Of a DNA stretch of 33,709 nt, positions 9,402 to 18,462 are shown piece by piece (the stretch's first letter is position 1; each line of letters begins with the position of its first letter). Origin of the DNA: an uncultured Gammaproteobacteria bacterium (GTDB lineage: Bacteria; Patescibacteriota; Microgenomatia; Levybacterales; UBA12049); assembly GCA_964468505.1 (NCBI GenBank), contig CAYXTY010000003.1, forward strand, positions 1 through 33,709, in the 5' to 3' direction. The notes below the pieces were generated by a model that searched no databases, was not told where the DNA came from, and saw only the letters and a program-made list of their open reading frames with translations. The position numbers and the translations under genes are program-made.

Positions 9402-10180
9402 AAAAACCCAAAGCAATTATTATAAAAGCAGATGGAATAAATAGAGACGAAGACATGGTCTTCGCATTTAATCTAGCGGGAGCAGATACTAAGTTAGTTC
9501 ATGTTAATGACTTGAGAAGTAAAAAAGAAAAATTATCTGACTATCAAATTTTAGGAATTCCTGGAGGATTTGCCTATGGAGACGACATAGTATCAGGAAA
9601 AATTCTAGCCACTGAAATAGTCGCATATTTGGGAGATGAAATTAGAAAATTTATAAAAAGAAAAAATACAGCAGTTCTTGGTGTGTGTAATGGATTTCAA
9701 GTTTTAGTGCGTACCGGTCTTGTGCCGTTTGGTAGCTTGGGAAATATGGACGTCACTCTTACTAATAATGACTCGGGACATTTTGAATGCAGATGGATAA
9801 AGGTAAGAGTAGAATCGAATTCTAAGTCAAAGTTTTTAGATGGGATGAATGATCAAATGTTATGGTATCCAGTGGCACACGGGGAAGGGAAGTTTTACGC
9901 AGATGACAAAAATATTAAAAAAATTGAAGATGAAAATTTAGTGGCATTTCGATATGTGGATGAAAAAGGAAATCCAACCCAAGATTACCCAGCAAATCCA
10001 AATGGATCTATTAATGCAATTGTCGGTGTAACTGATGAATCAGGGAGAATTTTAGGACTTATGCCACATCCAGAATGTTTCGTCCGCATTGAACAACACC
10101 CAAATTGGCGCCGAGGTTTGGTCAGTTCTCCTCAAGGCCTTCCTCTTTTTCAAAACATTGTAAAGTTTGTTTCACAATAA
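9398..10180 (+). CDS. purQ: FGAM synthase glutamine amidotransferase subunit
   Basis: Start at ATG 9398 (ATGA overlap with purL), 260 aa. GVCNGFQVL nucleophile elbow and MPHPE. Confidence 0.9.
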   Translation: MKKPKAIIIKADGINRDEDMVFAFNLAGADTKLVHVNDLRSKKEKLSDYQILGIPGGFAYGDDIVSGKILATEIVAYLGDEIRKFIKRKNTAVLGVCNGFQVLVRTGLVPFGSLGNMDVTLTNNDSGHFECRWIKVRVESNSKSKFLDGMNDQMLWYPVAHGEGKFYADDKNIKKIEDENLVAFRYVDEKGNPTQDYPANPNGSINAIVGVTDESGRILGLMPHPECFVRIEQHPNWRRGLVSSPQGLPLFQNIVKFVSQ

Positions 10181-10186
10181 TATAAT
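10158..10186 (+). promoter_or_regulatory. Possible internal promoter for orf102, lying in the purQ 3' end
   Basis: TTGTAA 10158-10163, 17-nt spacer, TATAAT 10181-10186, then 7 nt to ATG 10194. Chance occurrence in AT-rich DNA is not excluded. Confidence 0.35.
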
Positions 10187-10193
10187 GCCCAAC

Positions 10194-10502
10194 ATGACAA
10201 GGCCAAATGAAAATCCAGAATTTGGAAGAAATTTAGATTTGGTAATAGTGCCAGGAGAAAGTGCGATGGTGGGGTTTGAGCAGCCAAAAAGATATTTTCA
10301 ATTACTGAGAGGTTCATGTCAAGTTAGATATGGAAATGTTGCATTAACTGCAGATGGACGGAGAATTAGTTGGTTGGCAGAAGGAGGAGGCAGAGAAACA
10401 TTTTTAGAAGGTGATGTTTTTGGAGCAGGAGATGGAAGAGTTCTAAGTCTTAAAAATGCAAGTGCAGAGTTAGCAGTAGTTCATGAAATAAAACCAGAAT
10501 GA
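10194..10502 (+). CDS. Hypothetical 102-aa protein embedded in the pur operon (orf102)
   Basis: Open frame fills the purQ-purM gap. The stop overlaps the purM ATG (ATGA at 10499-10502). Gly/Arg/Ala-rich with predicted beta-rich character. No family recognised. Alternative starts are ATG 10185 and TTG 10167. Confidence 0.5.
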   Translation: MTRPNENPEFGRNLDLVIVPGESAMVGFEQPKRYFQLLRGSCQVRYGNVALTADGRRISWLAEGGGRETFLEGDVFGAGDGRVLSLKNASAELAVVHEIKPE

Positions 10503-11596
10503 AAAAAATTACATATTCAGCAACGGGAGCAGATTACGAAAAACTAGATCCTGTTAAAAAACTTGCCCAGGATTCAGCCAGAAAAACTGCAAAAAATTTT
10601 CCGAAAAGTTTTAGCGAAATATCAGATAGTAGGGGTGAGTCTGCCTTTGTTTTTAAAAATGGTAATCAGTTAATGGCATTTGTTATGGAAGGGTTAGGGA
10701 CAAAAAGTCTCGTAGCAGATGAGATATATAAAAAAACTAAGAAGTCATTTTACGAGGTGATTGCTCAAGATACAGTGGCGACTATTATTAATGATCTCGT
10801 TTCGGTAGGTGCTAGGCCTCTTATTTTAAATGCATATTGGGCAGATGCCGGAGACGGTTTTTTGCAGGATCCAAAAAGAATGGACAATTTTATCAAGGGA
10901 TGGGAAAAAGCATGTAATATTTCAGGAGTTGTTTGGGGCGGAGGAGAGACCCCAACTCTAAAAGGAATTATTGAAAAAGAATCAGTGGATCTTGGTGGAT
11001 CCGCTATTGGAGTTATCGAATCAACAAAGAAATTGATATCTGATAAAAATATAAAAGCAGGGGACCGAATAATTTTCATAAAAAGTAATGGAGTAAATGC
11101 AAATGGAATTTCCTTAACCCGAGCGATCGCAAAAAAATTACCTAAAGGATATTTAACTAAATTGCCAAATGGAAAACTGTATGGGGAGAGTTTATTAACT
11201 CCTTCAAATATATATGCAAAAGCAATTGCTGACTTACAAAAAAATAATGTTGATATTCACTACATTTCAAATATCACTGGACATGGAGTTAGAAAAATTA
11301 TGAGAGGACGCCCGAAATTTATATATGTTATTGAAAAGATTTTTAAACCCCAACCTGTTTTTGATTTTATTCAAAAAAATGCAGGTCTATCAGATTATGA
11401 AATGTATGAAACTTATAACATGGGCCAAGACTACTGTTTGATTATTTCTGAAAAAGATGTGGAAAAATGTTTAAGAATTATTTCGAAAAATAAATTTAAA
11501 GCAATCAATGCAGGTTATGTGGAAAAAGGCGAAAGGCAAGTAATTATAAAACCCTTGAACCTTGTTTATTCAGGAGAAACTTTGGATTTAAGATAA
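10499..11596 (+). CDS. purM: AIR synthase (PurM superfamily, divergent)
   Basis: 365 aa. EGLGTKS, INDLVSVGARPL, GGGETP and SNGVNANGISL align with PurM signature blocks. Operon context supports the call. Confidence 0.8.
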   Translation: MKKITYSATGADYEKLDPVKKLAQDSARKTAKNFPKSFSEISDSRGESAFVFKNGNQLMAFVMEGLGTKSLVADEIYKKTKKSFYEVIAQDTVATIINDLVSVGARPLILNAYWADAGDGFLQDPKRMDNFIKGWEKACNISGVVWGGGETPTLKGIIEKESVDLGGSAIGVIESTKKLISDKNIKAGDRIIFIKSNGVNANGISLTRAIAKKLPKGYLTKLPNGKLYGESLLTPSNIYAKAIADLQKNNVDIHYISNITGHGVRKIMRGRPKFIYVIEKIFKPQPVFDFIQKNAGLSDYEMYETYNMGQDYCLIISEKDVEKCLRIISKNKFKAINAGYVEKGERQVIIKPLNLVYSGETLDLR

Positions 11597-13837
11597 TTAT
11601 TTCTTCTGATAAATAAATACAAGTACAGCTTCGTCAGCATATACTTGGTGAATTAATTTATAATTTTTCTTAATATTACTATCATCAAATCCCTCTCTTA
11701 AAATATTAAAATAGTTCACCACTACATAGTCATATTTTTTATTTTCATTATATTTTTCTGCATTATATTCATTATAAAAAGGGAAAGAATGAAGGGGGGA
11801 AATCGCAAGACCAACGCTAGAATTTCTTGGAGTATTATCTCTTAAGTAAATTCCTGCTTCTCTATTTCCTTGCCCCCATGATCCAATTTGAAAAAGTTTA
11901 GAATCATAAACTCCATTTACTCCGCCAGGTAAGATATTGAAATAATCTAAGTAGTAGGGGGTTATGCTTTTTAAAATTATTAAAAAATAAATTATGATGC
12001 CTAGTATCGCAAAATATTTAATTTTTAATCTATCTTTAATAAATCCTAAAATAAATTCGAGTCCGATGGCCGATATTAATGCGAGGGGAGCATAGACTTG
12101 AATAATATAGCGAAGTCCGTGCTGCTTAAATGGATAAAGAGACTGAAAAAATGGAAGCATGAACCAAAGAAGAATTGCATATAAAACGAATTTTTTTCTT
12201 ACGTCAATTGCTTTCATCCCAACAAAGAATAAAAATATAATTAAAAATGGAGTAGTTATTAAAAAATAAATTGGATAATAAACAATCGGTACTAACATTA
12301 GATGTCCAAAAAATACTTCAGGTGGTGGAAGCTTTACTTCGCTTGAAAACCACATAGCTCGTTCTACTGCAATTGCATCATTTAGATTTAAAAAAGCAGT
12401 TGGCCAGAGAAGTGTAAAAGTAATAGCGGAAATTATGAAAATTAAAAATAAAGGAATAATTATTTCCGCAGTTATATTTGGTTTTCTTTTTTTATCTTTT
12501 AAGAAATACCACAGGAAATAAATTGCAGCTAAGAGGGGATAAATAAAAATATTTGTTTGTTTTACTCCTAATGCGAGGCCTGTAAATATCCCGGTCAAGA
12601 TTAAAGTTTTATAAGAAAATTTATGAAGCAAGTTTATAAAAAGAAAAACTGAAGCTGTAAAGAAAAACATTACGAGGCTTTCAAGGGTAGCTATTTGAGA
12701 ATAACCTAAAAAGGTGGGAAGCATAGCTAGAATTATTCCAGCAGTAAGGCCTACGAATGGAGAAATATATTTCCAACCAAAAAGGGTAACCAGCAAAACT
12801 GAAAGAGTAGAAAATAAAATTGCCAGTAATCGAGAATGTGTTAGGTCATAATAGAAAATAGGTTTTCCGTTTTCAGTTGTTTGTAAATCTAAACGAGACA
12901 GGGTTCCGTATAAGTATCTTGCGACAGGCGGATGGTCAAATGTAGAGAGATAGTATGGGTTACTAAAATCTCCTTCTTTCATGAGCTTGGTCATCATATA
13001 ACCGCCCTCTACATATGCTGGTTCATCCCAGGTTCTACCCATCTCATTTAAATTCCAGAATCTTAATGCTAGGGTTAGTGTGATGAGTAAGGTTAAATAA
13101 AATATTTTAATATTTCTTGGAGTTTTGAATCTTATTTGGAGGATATCAGCTAAAGATGTTAAGAGTTCTCGATTTCCATAAGAGGATTTTCCATATTGTC
13201 TTTCTACAAAAGTTGTTGGAACTTCCGAAATTTTAAAATTATTTTTTTTAAGCTTGTATGCAGTTTCTGAAAGAACAATAAATCCACTGGACTCAATTTT
13301 TGTTTTTGTTAAATATTCTAAAGCACGTCTACTATATAGTCTGTATCCATTTGTGTAATCAGAAAGATTTAGGCTTAAGAGTAGGCTTAAAAATTTATTA
13401 ATGATTTTACTCATCACAACACGCCACAATGCCCATTTTATTATTTTACTTTCCGATAAATATCTAGAGCCTACTACGAGGTCTGAATTTTCTTTTTTTA
13501 ATTTACTAATAAATTCTTGTGCTTCCTCTGGATTGTGGGAAAGATCAGCATCCATTTCAAAAGCATGAGTTATTTTTTTATCTTCTAACGCAATTTTAAA
13601 TCCTTCAATTACGGCGCTACCTCTTCCCATCTTTTTTTTGCGAGGAAAATAAACGATGTCTCTTTTGTCAGTTTTTGATAGAAGTTTATTAATTTTATTT
13701 TTTTCTTCAGGGGAGGAATCGTCGACTATTATGATTTTAGATTTTGGATAAAACTTTCTAATTTTATTTATCAGAAGAATAATATTTTCTGACTCATTAT
13801 AAGAGGGAATAATAAATGCAAGATTAATTAATCTCAT
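11597..13837 (-). CDS. Fusion of a GT2 polyprenyl-phosphate sugar synthase (Dpm1/GtrB/ArnC-like) and a GT-C (PMT_2/ArnT-like) membrane glycosyltransferase
   Basis: 746 aa from ATG 13837. The N-terminal domain has FIIPSYNESENI, IIIVDDSSPE and EMDADLSH. It is followed by many TM helices with RFWNL..WDEPAY, typical of the first loop of GT-C enzymes. The track start 13876 is a TTG. Confidence 0.8.
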   Translation of the reverse strand: MRLINLAFIIPSYNESENIILLINKIRKFYPKSKIIIVDDSSPEEKNKINKLLSKTDKRDIVYFPRKKKMGRGSAVIEGFKIALEDKKITHAFEMDADLSHNPEEAQEFISKLKKENSDLVVGSRYLSESKIIKWALWRVVMSKIINKFLSLLLSLNLSDYTNGYRLYSRRALEYLTKTKIESSGFIVLSETAYKLKKNNFKISEVPTTFVERQYGKSSYGNRELLTSLADILQIRFKTPRNIKIFYLTLLITLTLALRFWNLNEMGRTWDEPAYVEGGYMMTKLMKEGDFSNPYYLSTFDHPPVARYLYGTLSRLDLQTTENGKPIFYYDLTHSRLLAILFSTLSVLLVTLFGWKYISPFVGLTAGIILAMLPTFLGYSQIATLESLVMFFFTASVFLFINLLHKFSYKTLILTGIFTGLALGVKQTNIFIYPLLAAIYFLWYFLKDKKRKPNITAEIIIPLFLIFIISAITFTLLWPTAFLNLNDAIAVERAMWFSSEVKLPPPEVFFGHLMLVPIVYYPIYFLITTPFLIIFLFFVGMKAIDVRKKFVLYAILLWFMLPFFQSLYPFKQHGLRYIIQVYAPLALISAIGLEFILGFIKDRLKIKYFAILGIIIYFLIILKSITPYYLDYFNILPGGVNGVYDSKLFQIGSWGQGNREAGIYLRDNTPRNSSVGLAISPLHSFPFYNEYNAEKYNENKKYDYVVVNYFNILREGFDDSNIKKNYKLIHQVYADEAVLVFIYQKK

Positions 13838-13916
13838 AATAAAATCTTGAAAAAGTATACCACATAAATGAGGCAAAATATGGAGAGATTAGGCTTTAGG
13901 ATGAAATTGATTTCTA

Positions 13917-13945
13917 TTGATAAAGTTTTAATGAATAGTTATAAT
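13917..13945 (+). promoter_or_regulatory. Putative promoter of hydrolase gene 13958
   Basis: TTGATA 13917-13922, 17-nt spacer, TATAAT 13940-13945, then 12 nt to the ATG (short leader, no SD). Confidence 0.45.
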
Positions 13946-13957
13946 TTTTAGAAATTA

Positions 13958-14998
13958 ATGAATCGAAGAATTATTGTTGTCTTGGTTATTATCGCGATTA
14001 TTGTTGTTGGAGTTTTTGTGTTTAATCTTTCTTCAAATAACCCAGTTGCAAATCTTCTTAATAAAACCGCAGACATAGACGATCTTACTGGGGAAATGGA
14101 GAAGGAGCCATATGCGCTCTCAATAGAATCACTTCGTCAAGGAGATTATCCAGGTAGTGAGTTAGTTGTGGAGCAAACCTTAACACCGGGATCTAATTAT
14201 TCCCGCTATATTGTTAGTTATAAAACAGAAGGTCTTAAGAATTATGCGCTTCTTACAGTGCCAAATGGTGAGGCGCCCATTGGGGGATGGCCGGCAATAG
14301 TTTTTAATCATGGTTTTATTCCTCCAGCAGAATATAGAACAACTGAGAGATATATCGCTTACACAGATGCGTTTTCTAGAAACGGTTATATACTTTTGCG
14401 TCCTGATTACAGAGGTCATGGAAATAGCGAGGGAGAAGCTGCGGGCGGATATGGATCAAACGCATATACGATTGACGTTCTAAATGCGCTAGCATCTCTA
14501 AAAAAATATCCAAATGTTAATATAGAAAAAATCGGAATGTGGGGTCATTCGATGGGAGGTCATATCACTTTGAGATCTATGGTTGTAAATAAAGATATTA
14601 AAGCTGGAGTAATTTGGGCTGGAGTTGTAGCATCATATCCTGATCTTATAAATAATTGGAGGAGGGGAACTCCTCGTCCAACGATGCCTGGGGCTAGAAG
14701 AAGTTGGAGGGCTTCTTTAACAGAGCAATTTGGTACACATGAAAATAATCCTGATTTTTGGAACTCGATTTCATCAGATTATTTTTTAGCTGATGTTTCT
14801 GGGCCAATTCAGCTGCATCATGGAACAGCGGATTCATCAGTACCAGTCGAATTCTCCAGAAAGCTTGAAGAAAAAATGAAAACTGCTGGAAAAACAGTAG
14901 AATATTATGAATATTCAGGTGATGATCATGATATCACTGCGAATTTTGGGATTGCAGCACAGCGTTCAGTTGAATTCTTCGATAAATACTTAAAATAG
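13958..14998 (+). CDS. Membrane-anchored alpha/beta hydrolase (S9 prolyl-oligopeptidase/dienelactone-hydrolase-like), paralog 1
   Basis: 346 aa. N-terminal TM helix, nucleophile elbow GHSMGG, HHGTADSSVP and DDHD near the C-terminus. Confidence 0.8.
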   Translation: MNRRIIVVLVIIAIIVVGVFVFNLSSNNPVANLLNKTADIDDLTGEMEKEPYALSIESLRQGDYPGSELVVEQTLTPGSNYSRYIVSYKTEGLKNYALLTVPNGEAPIGGWPAIVFNHGFIPPAEYRTTERYIAYTDAFSRNGYILLRPDYRGHGNSEGEAAGGYGSNAYTIDVLNALASLKKYPNVNIEKIGMWGHSMGGHITLRSMVVNKDIKAGVIWAGVVASYPDLINNWRRGTPRPTMPGARRSWRASLTEQFGTHENNPDFWNSISSDYFLADVSGPIQLHHGTADSSVPVEFSRKLEEKMKTAGKTVEYYEYSGDDHDITANFGIAAQRSVEFFDKYLK

Positions 14999-15038
14999 TG
15001 TTTATTTAGCCCCTGAAAAATGCTACGATTAGATTAGA

Positions 15039-16286
15039 TTGAAAAGTATTCTGCCCAAATTAAGATCCATTTTAAGCCAACTATTTCTACGCTTCAAATC
15101 TTTAACGCGAAAGAAGAAAATTGTCGTAATTGTTTTAATTATTATAATAATTATTTTTGCTTGGAAAGCAATTTCAAATGCTACAAAAGAGCCACCTTAT
15201 AAATTAGAGAAAGCAAAGATTTCAAATATTGAAGAAACTGTTTCTGAAACTGGAAATATTACTACGAATGGAAGAAGTGATATTTATTCGCCAACTAATG
15301 GAATTGTCACGGAAATTCTTGTAAGAAATGGCGATATTGTAAAAGAAGGAGACATAATTTTTAAAGTTGAGAGTTCAGCAAGTGAGCAGGAGCAAAAAGC
15401 TGCGCAAGCAAATTATCTGGCTGCGGTTTCAGCAATGAACACGGCGAAAGCTTCTGCTAATTTACTCAGGTCGGAAATGCTTGCGAATTGGCAAGAATAT
15501 AAAGATACAGCTACAAATGATATCTACGAAAATAGTGACGGAACTCCCAGAAATGATCAAAGAGGTTCTTCTGAATTTAACATAGCTCAAGATAATTGGT
15601 TAGCTGCGGAGGCAAAATATAAAAATCAGGAAACCGCAATTGCTGCGGCCTCTGCTGATGTATCATCTGCAAATATTCTTTATCAAGCCACAAAAGATGC
15701 AGTTGTAAAAGCACCAGCTTCTGGAACTGTTGCAAATCTATCTGTGTCAGTTGGGAATGGGGTAAGTATAAAAACAGCAGGTTCTACGAATCCGCCTGTT
15801 TTAACAATTGCCAGTATTTCACTTCCTGAAGCTGCAATTTCACTTGGTGAAAATGATATCGTAAAGCTTGCTGAAGGGCAAAGTGTAAAGTTAGACATAA
15901 GCGCAGTTGATGACAAAGAGTATGAAGGGGCTGTAGCTAGAGTTGATTCGATCGGAACAGAAAAATCAGGAGTTATGAAGTATTCAGTTTATATTCAAAT
16001 TATAGATTCTGATGGAAGGATTCGTCCTGGAATGAGTATCGATGCAGATATCACCACTAAAAAAATTGAAAACGTGCTAACAGTTCCAAATTCTTCGATA
16101 AAACCATATGAAGGAGGAAAAGCAGTAAGAGTAGTAGATAAAAAAACAAAAGAAATAAAATTCATTCCTGTAAAAATTGGCGTCAGGGGACAATCAAGAA
16201 CTCAAATAATTTCTGGAATTTCTGAAGGACAGGAAGTTGTAGTTTCTCTTTCTAATGAAAACTTAAAGCGACCAAGTCTATTTTAA
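15039..16286 (+). CDS. HlyD/MacA-type periplasmic adaptor (membrane fusion protein)
   Basis: 415 aa. N-terminal TM helix, lipoyl-like hairpin, Ala/Gln-rich coiled coil and a beta-barrel C-terminus. It lies upstream of a MacB-type ABC pair. The start is TTG 15039, the only candidate after the in-frame stop at 15030, so it is uncertain. Confidence 0.75.
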   Translation: MKSILPKLRSILSQLFLRFKSLTRKKKIVVIVLIIIIIIFAWKAISNATKEPPYKLEKAKISNIEETVSETGNITTNGRSDIYSPTNGIVTEILVRNGDIVKEGDIIFKVESSASEQEQKAAQANYLAAVSAMNTAKASANLLRSEMLANWQEYKDTATNDIYENSDGTPRNDQRGSSEFNIAQDNWLAAEAKYKNQETAIAAASADVSSANILYQATKDAVVKAPASGTVANLSVSVGNGVSIKTAGSTNPPVLTIASISLPEAAISLGENDIVKLAEGQSVKLDISAVDDKEYEGAVARVDSIGTEKSGVMKYSVYIQIIDSDGRIRPGMSIDADITTKKIENVLTVPNSSIKPYEGGKAVRVVDKKTKEIKFIPVKIGVRGQSRTQIISGISEGQEVVVSLSNENLKRPSLF

Positions 16287-16288
16287 TA

Positions 16289-16984
16289 ATGGCAACAAAA
16301 ACTCCTCTAATTAGTCTTGAGAATGTAGCTAAAAAATATCCATTGGAAGACGGTGAGTTTTATCAAGCTTTAGATGGAATAAATCTAAATATAAATGAAG
16401 GAGAATTCGTAGCAATAATTGGTCCTTCTGGATCAGGAAAATCTACGATGATGCACATTCTTGGGGCACTTGATACTCCAAGCAGCGGGACGTATTTATT
16501 TAAAAATAAAAATATCTCAACTTTTTCTGAAGATCAATTATCAGATATTAGAAATAAAGAAATTGGATTTGTTTTTCAGGCTTTTAATCTTTTGCCACGT
16601 ACTACTGTATTTAAAAATGTGGAACGCCCCATGATGTATGGAAAAATTCCACCAAGCGAGAGGAATAAAAAAGTTATGGACGCATTAACTTTAGTGGGAA
16701 TTTCGGATAAGGCAAATAATCTTTCAAATCATATTTCAGGCGGGCAAATTCAAAGAGTAGCGATCGCAAGAGCTCTAATTATGGAGCCATCAATAATTCT
16801 CGCTGATGAGCCAACTGGTAATTTAGATACCAAAACATCTCACGAGATTATGCATTTTTTTGAAAAATTAAATAAAGACGGAAAAACAATAATTTTAATT
16901 ACTCATGAAACTGAAATCGCAGAATATGCTAAGAGAATTATTAAGATTGTTGATGGAAAGATAGTGGGGGATAGGAAAAAATAA
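16289..16984 (+). CDS. ABC transporter ATP-binding protein (MacB/LolD class)
   Basis: 231 aa. Walker A GPSGSGKST, signature LSGGQIQRVAIARAL, Walker B ILADEPTGNLD. Confidence 0.92.
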   Translation: MATKTPLISLENVAKKYPLEDGEFYQALDGINLNINEGEFVAIIGPSGSGKSTMMHILGALDTPSSGTYLFKNKNISTFSEDQLSDIRNKEIGFVFQAFNLLPRTTVFKNVERPMMYGKIPPSERNKKVMDALTLVGISDKANNLSNHISGGQIQRVAIARALIMEPSIILADEPTGNLDTKTSHEIMHFFEKLNKDGKTIILITHETEIAEYAKRIIKIVDGKIVGDRKK

Positions 16985-16985
16985 A

Positions 16986-18197
16986 ATGGAATATAAAGAG
17001 TTAATAAATTCTGCGATCCAGGCATTAAAAAGTAATATTCTTAGAACTTCTTTAACGATGCTCGGAATCATAATTGGAATTACTTCTGTAATTTTAATTG
17101 TTTCGATCGGACAAGGTGCTGTCGCTTTTGTGACAAATGAGCTTGCATCTTTTGGCACTAATGTTTTTTCTATAAATCCAGGATCTGATAATTTTAGTAG
17201 TTTTGCAGGTGCTGATACATTAACGCTTGATGATGTTGAAGCAATTGATGAGGACGAGTCGTTAACAAATGTTAAAAGTGTTGCAGCAATTTCCATGGCA
17301 TCAGTCACTGTTGCTGCAAATGGGGAAGAAGATATATTAAATGTCCAAGGAGTAACACCTGAAATTCTTGAAATTTTAAAACCTGAAATTATTGATGGGG
17401 AATTTTTAACGTCAGATAATGATCAAAGCGCTGATCGAGTAGTTGTAATGGGTTCAGACGCCGCTGAAACATTTTTCGGTGAGGGGACAAGCGCAGTTAA
17501 CGAAACAATAAAAGTAGATAATAAAACTTTTAGAATAATTGGGGTTGCAAGATCTTCCAGTGCAATTGCGGGTGGAGTTTTGAATAACGCTCTATACATT
17601 CCGTTAAGTGTTGTTAGAAATGAATTTCCAAATGGTGAAAGAATTCAAGAAATTGATGTAAGCGTTGAGGATCCTGATCAAATAAATCAAACTATGGATG
17701 ATGTGGAGCTTTTGTTAAGAGATAGGCACGGTATTGATGAAAATGAAGAAAATGATTTTGTAATGCAAAGCTTCCAGGATGTTCTTTCAACAGTTCAAAC
17801 AATTACGAATTTACTAACTGCGATGGTCGCGGGGATTTCTGCGATTTCTCTGGTAGTGGGTGGAGTAGGTGTAATGAATATTATGCTTGTTTCGGTTACA
17901 GAGCGCACAAAAGAAATTGGACTCCTAAAGGCAATTGGCGCAAAAGAGAAAGATATATTAACTCAATTTCTCATTGAGGCAGTTGTGATGACTCTACTCG
18001 GTGGTTTGATCGGTATTATTTTAGGTGTGGGAGGTGCGTTATTAATTTCTTTAGCTGTAGGAATTCCATTTGCCATAAATCCTCTCGCTATAGTCGCGGC
18101 AGTTGGAGTTTCAACCCTAGTTGGAGTAATCTTTGGACTTTATCCAGCACGCCGTGCTGCGCGTCTTTCCCCAATTGATGCTTTAAGGTATGAGTAG
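16986..18197 (+). CDS. ABC transporter permease (MacB/FtsX family with a large extracytoplasmic domain)
   Basis: 403 aa. TM1, then a ~230-aa loop, then three C-terminal TM helices with TERTKEIGLLKAIGA. Confidence 0.9.
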   Translation: MEYKELINSAIQALKSNILRTSLTMLGIIIGITSVILIVSIGQGAVAFVTNELASFGTNVFSINPGSDNFSSFAGADTLTLDDVEAIDEDESLTNVKSVAAISMASVTVAANGEEDILNVQGVTPEILEILKPEIIDGEFLTSDNDQSADRVVVMGSDAAETFFGEGTSAVNETIKVDNKTFRIIGVARSSSAIAGGVLNNALYIPLSVVRNEFPNGERIQEIDVSVEDPDQINQTMDDVELLLRDRHGIDENEENDFVMQSFQDVLSTVQTITNLLTAMVAGISAISLVVGGVGVMNIMLVSVTERTKEIGLLKAIGAKEKDILTQFLIEAVVMTLLGGLIGIILGVGGALLISLAVGIPFAINPLAIVAAVGVSTLVGVIFGLYPARRAARLSPIDALRYE

Positions 18198-18422
18198 TTA
18201 AATACCAGCAATTTCAAAAATTTTATTTTTTGATTTTTCTCCACTAGTTAAAATAATATTATTTCGCTCTATTTTAAAATGTTTTGAAAGTGCATTTATT
18301 ATTGCTGCATTTGCCCGTCCATCTATGGGTGGCTCATTAACCCAAACATGAAGATCTCCAAGTAGATCTCCTTGAATTTTTGTTTTTTTAGCATTCGGAT
18401 GTGCAATAACTTGAATTGTCAT
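18198..18422 (-). CDS. DUF167 (YggU-like) protein
   Basis: 74 aa. VWVNEPPIDGRANAAIINALSKHF matches the APPxDGKAN core of DUF167. Confidence 0.7.
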   Translation of the reverse strand: MTIQVIAHPNAKKTKIQGDLLGDLHVWVNEPPIDGRANAAIINALSKHFKIERNNIILTSGEKSKNKIFEIAGI

Positions 18423-18428
18423 AAATAC

Positions 18429-18434
18429 ATTTTA
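18429..18434 (-). promoter_or_regulatory. -10 box for the leaderless DUF167 gene
   Basis: Reverse strand reads TGTAAAAT, then 6 nt to ATG (18422). Confidence 0.4.
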
Positions 18435-18447
18435 CATTATTTGCATT

Positions 18448-18456
18448 TGTTATACT
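18448..18456 (+). promoter_or_regulatory. Extended -10 promoter for the leaderless MFS gene
   Basis: TGtTATACT 18448-18456, then 6 nt to ATG 18463. Confidence 0.45.
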
Positions 18457-18462
18457 TCATCT

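Noticed and set aside
10167-10193. TTG 10167 or ATG 10185 as the orf102 start, and orf102 as the missing PurS.
   Set aside because: TTG 10167 overlaps the purQ end and is non-ATG. ATG 10185 lies inside the TATAAT box; it remains possible if translation is coupled to purQ. The sequence does not resemble PurS, and two PurS-like repeats are already fused to PurL.
13838-13876. Track start (TTG 13876) adding 13 residues to the GT2::GT-C fusion.
   Set aside because: ATG 13837 gives the canonical GT2 N-terminus (MRLINLAFIIPSYNE). An extended -10 box (TGgTATACT on the reverse strand) lies inside the putative extension.
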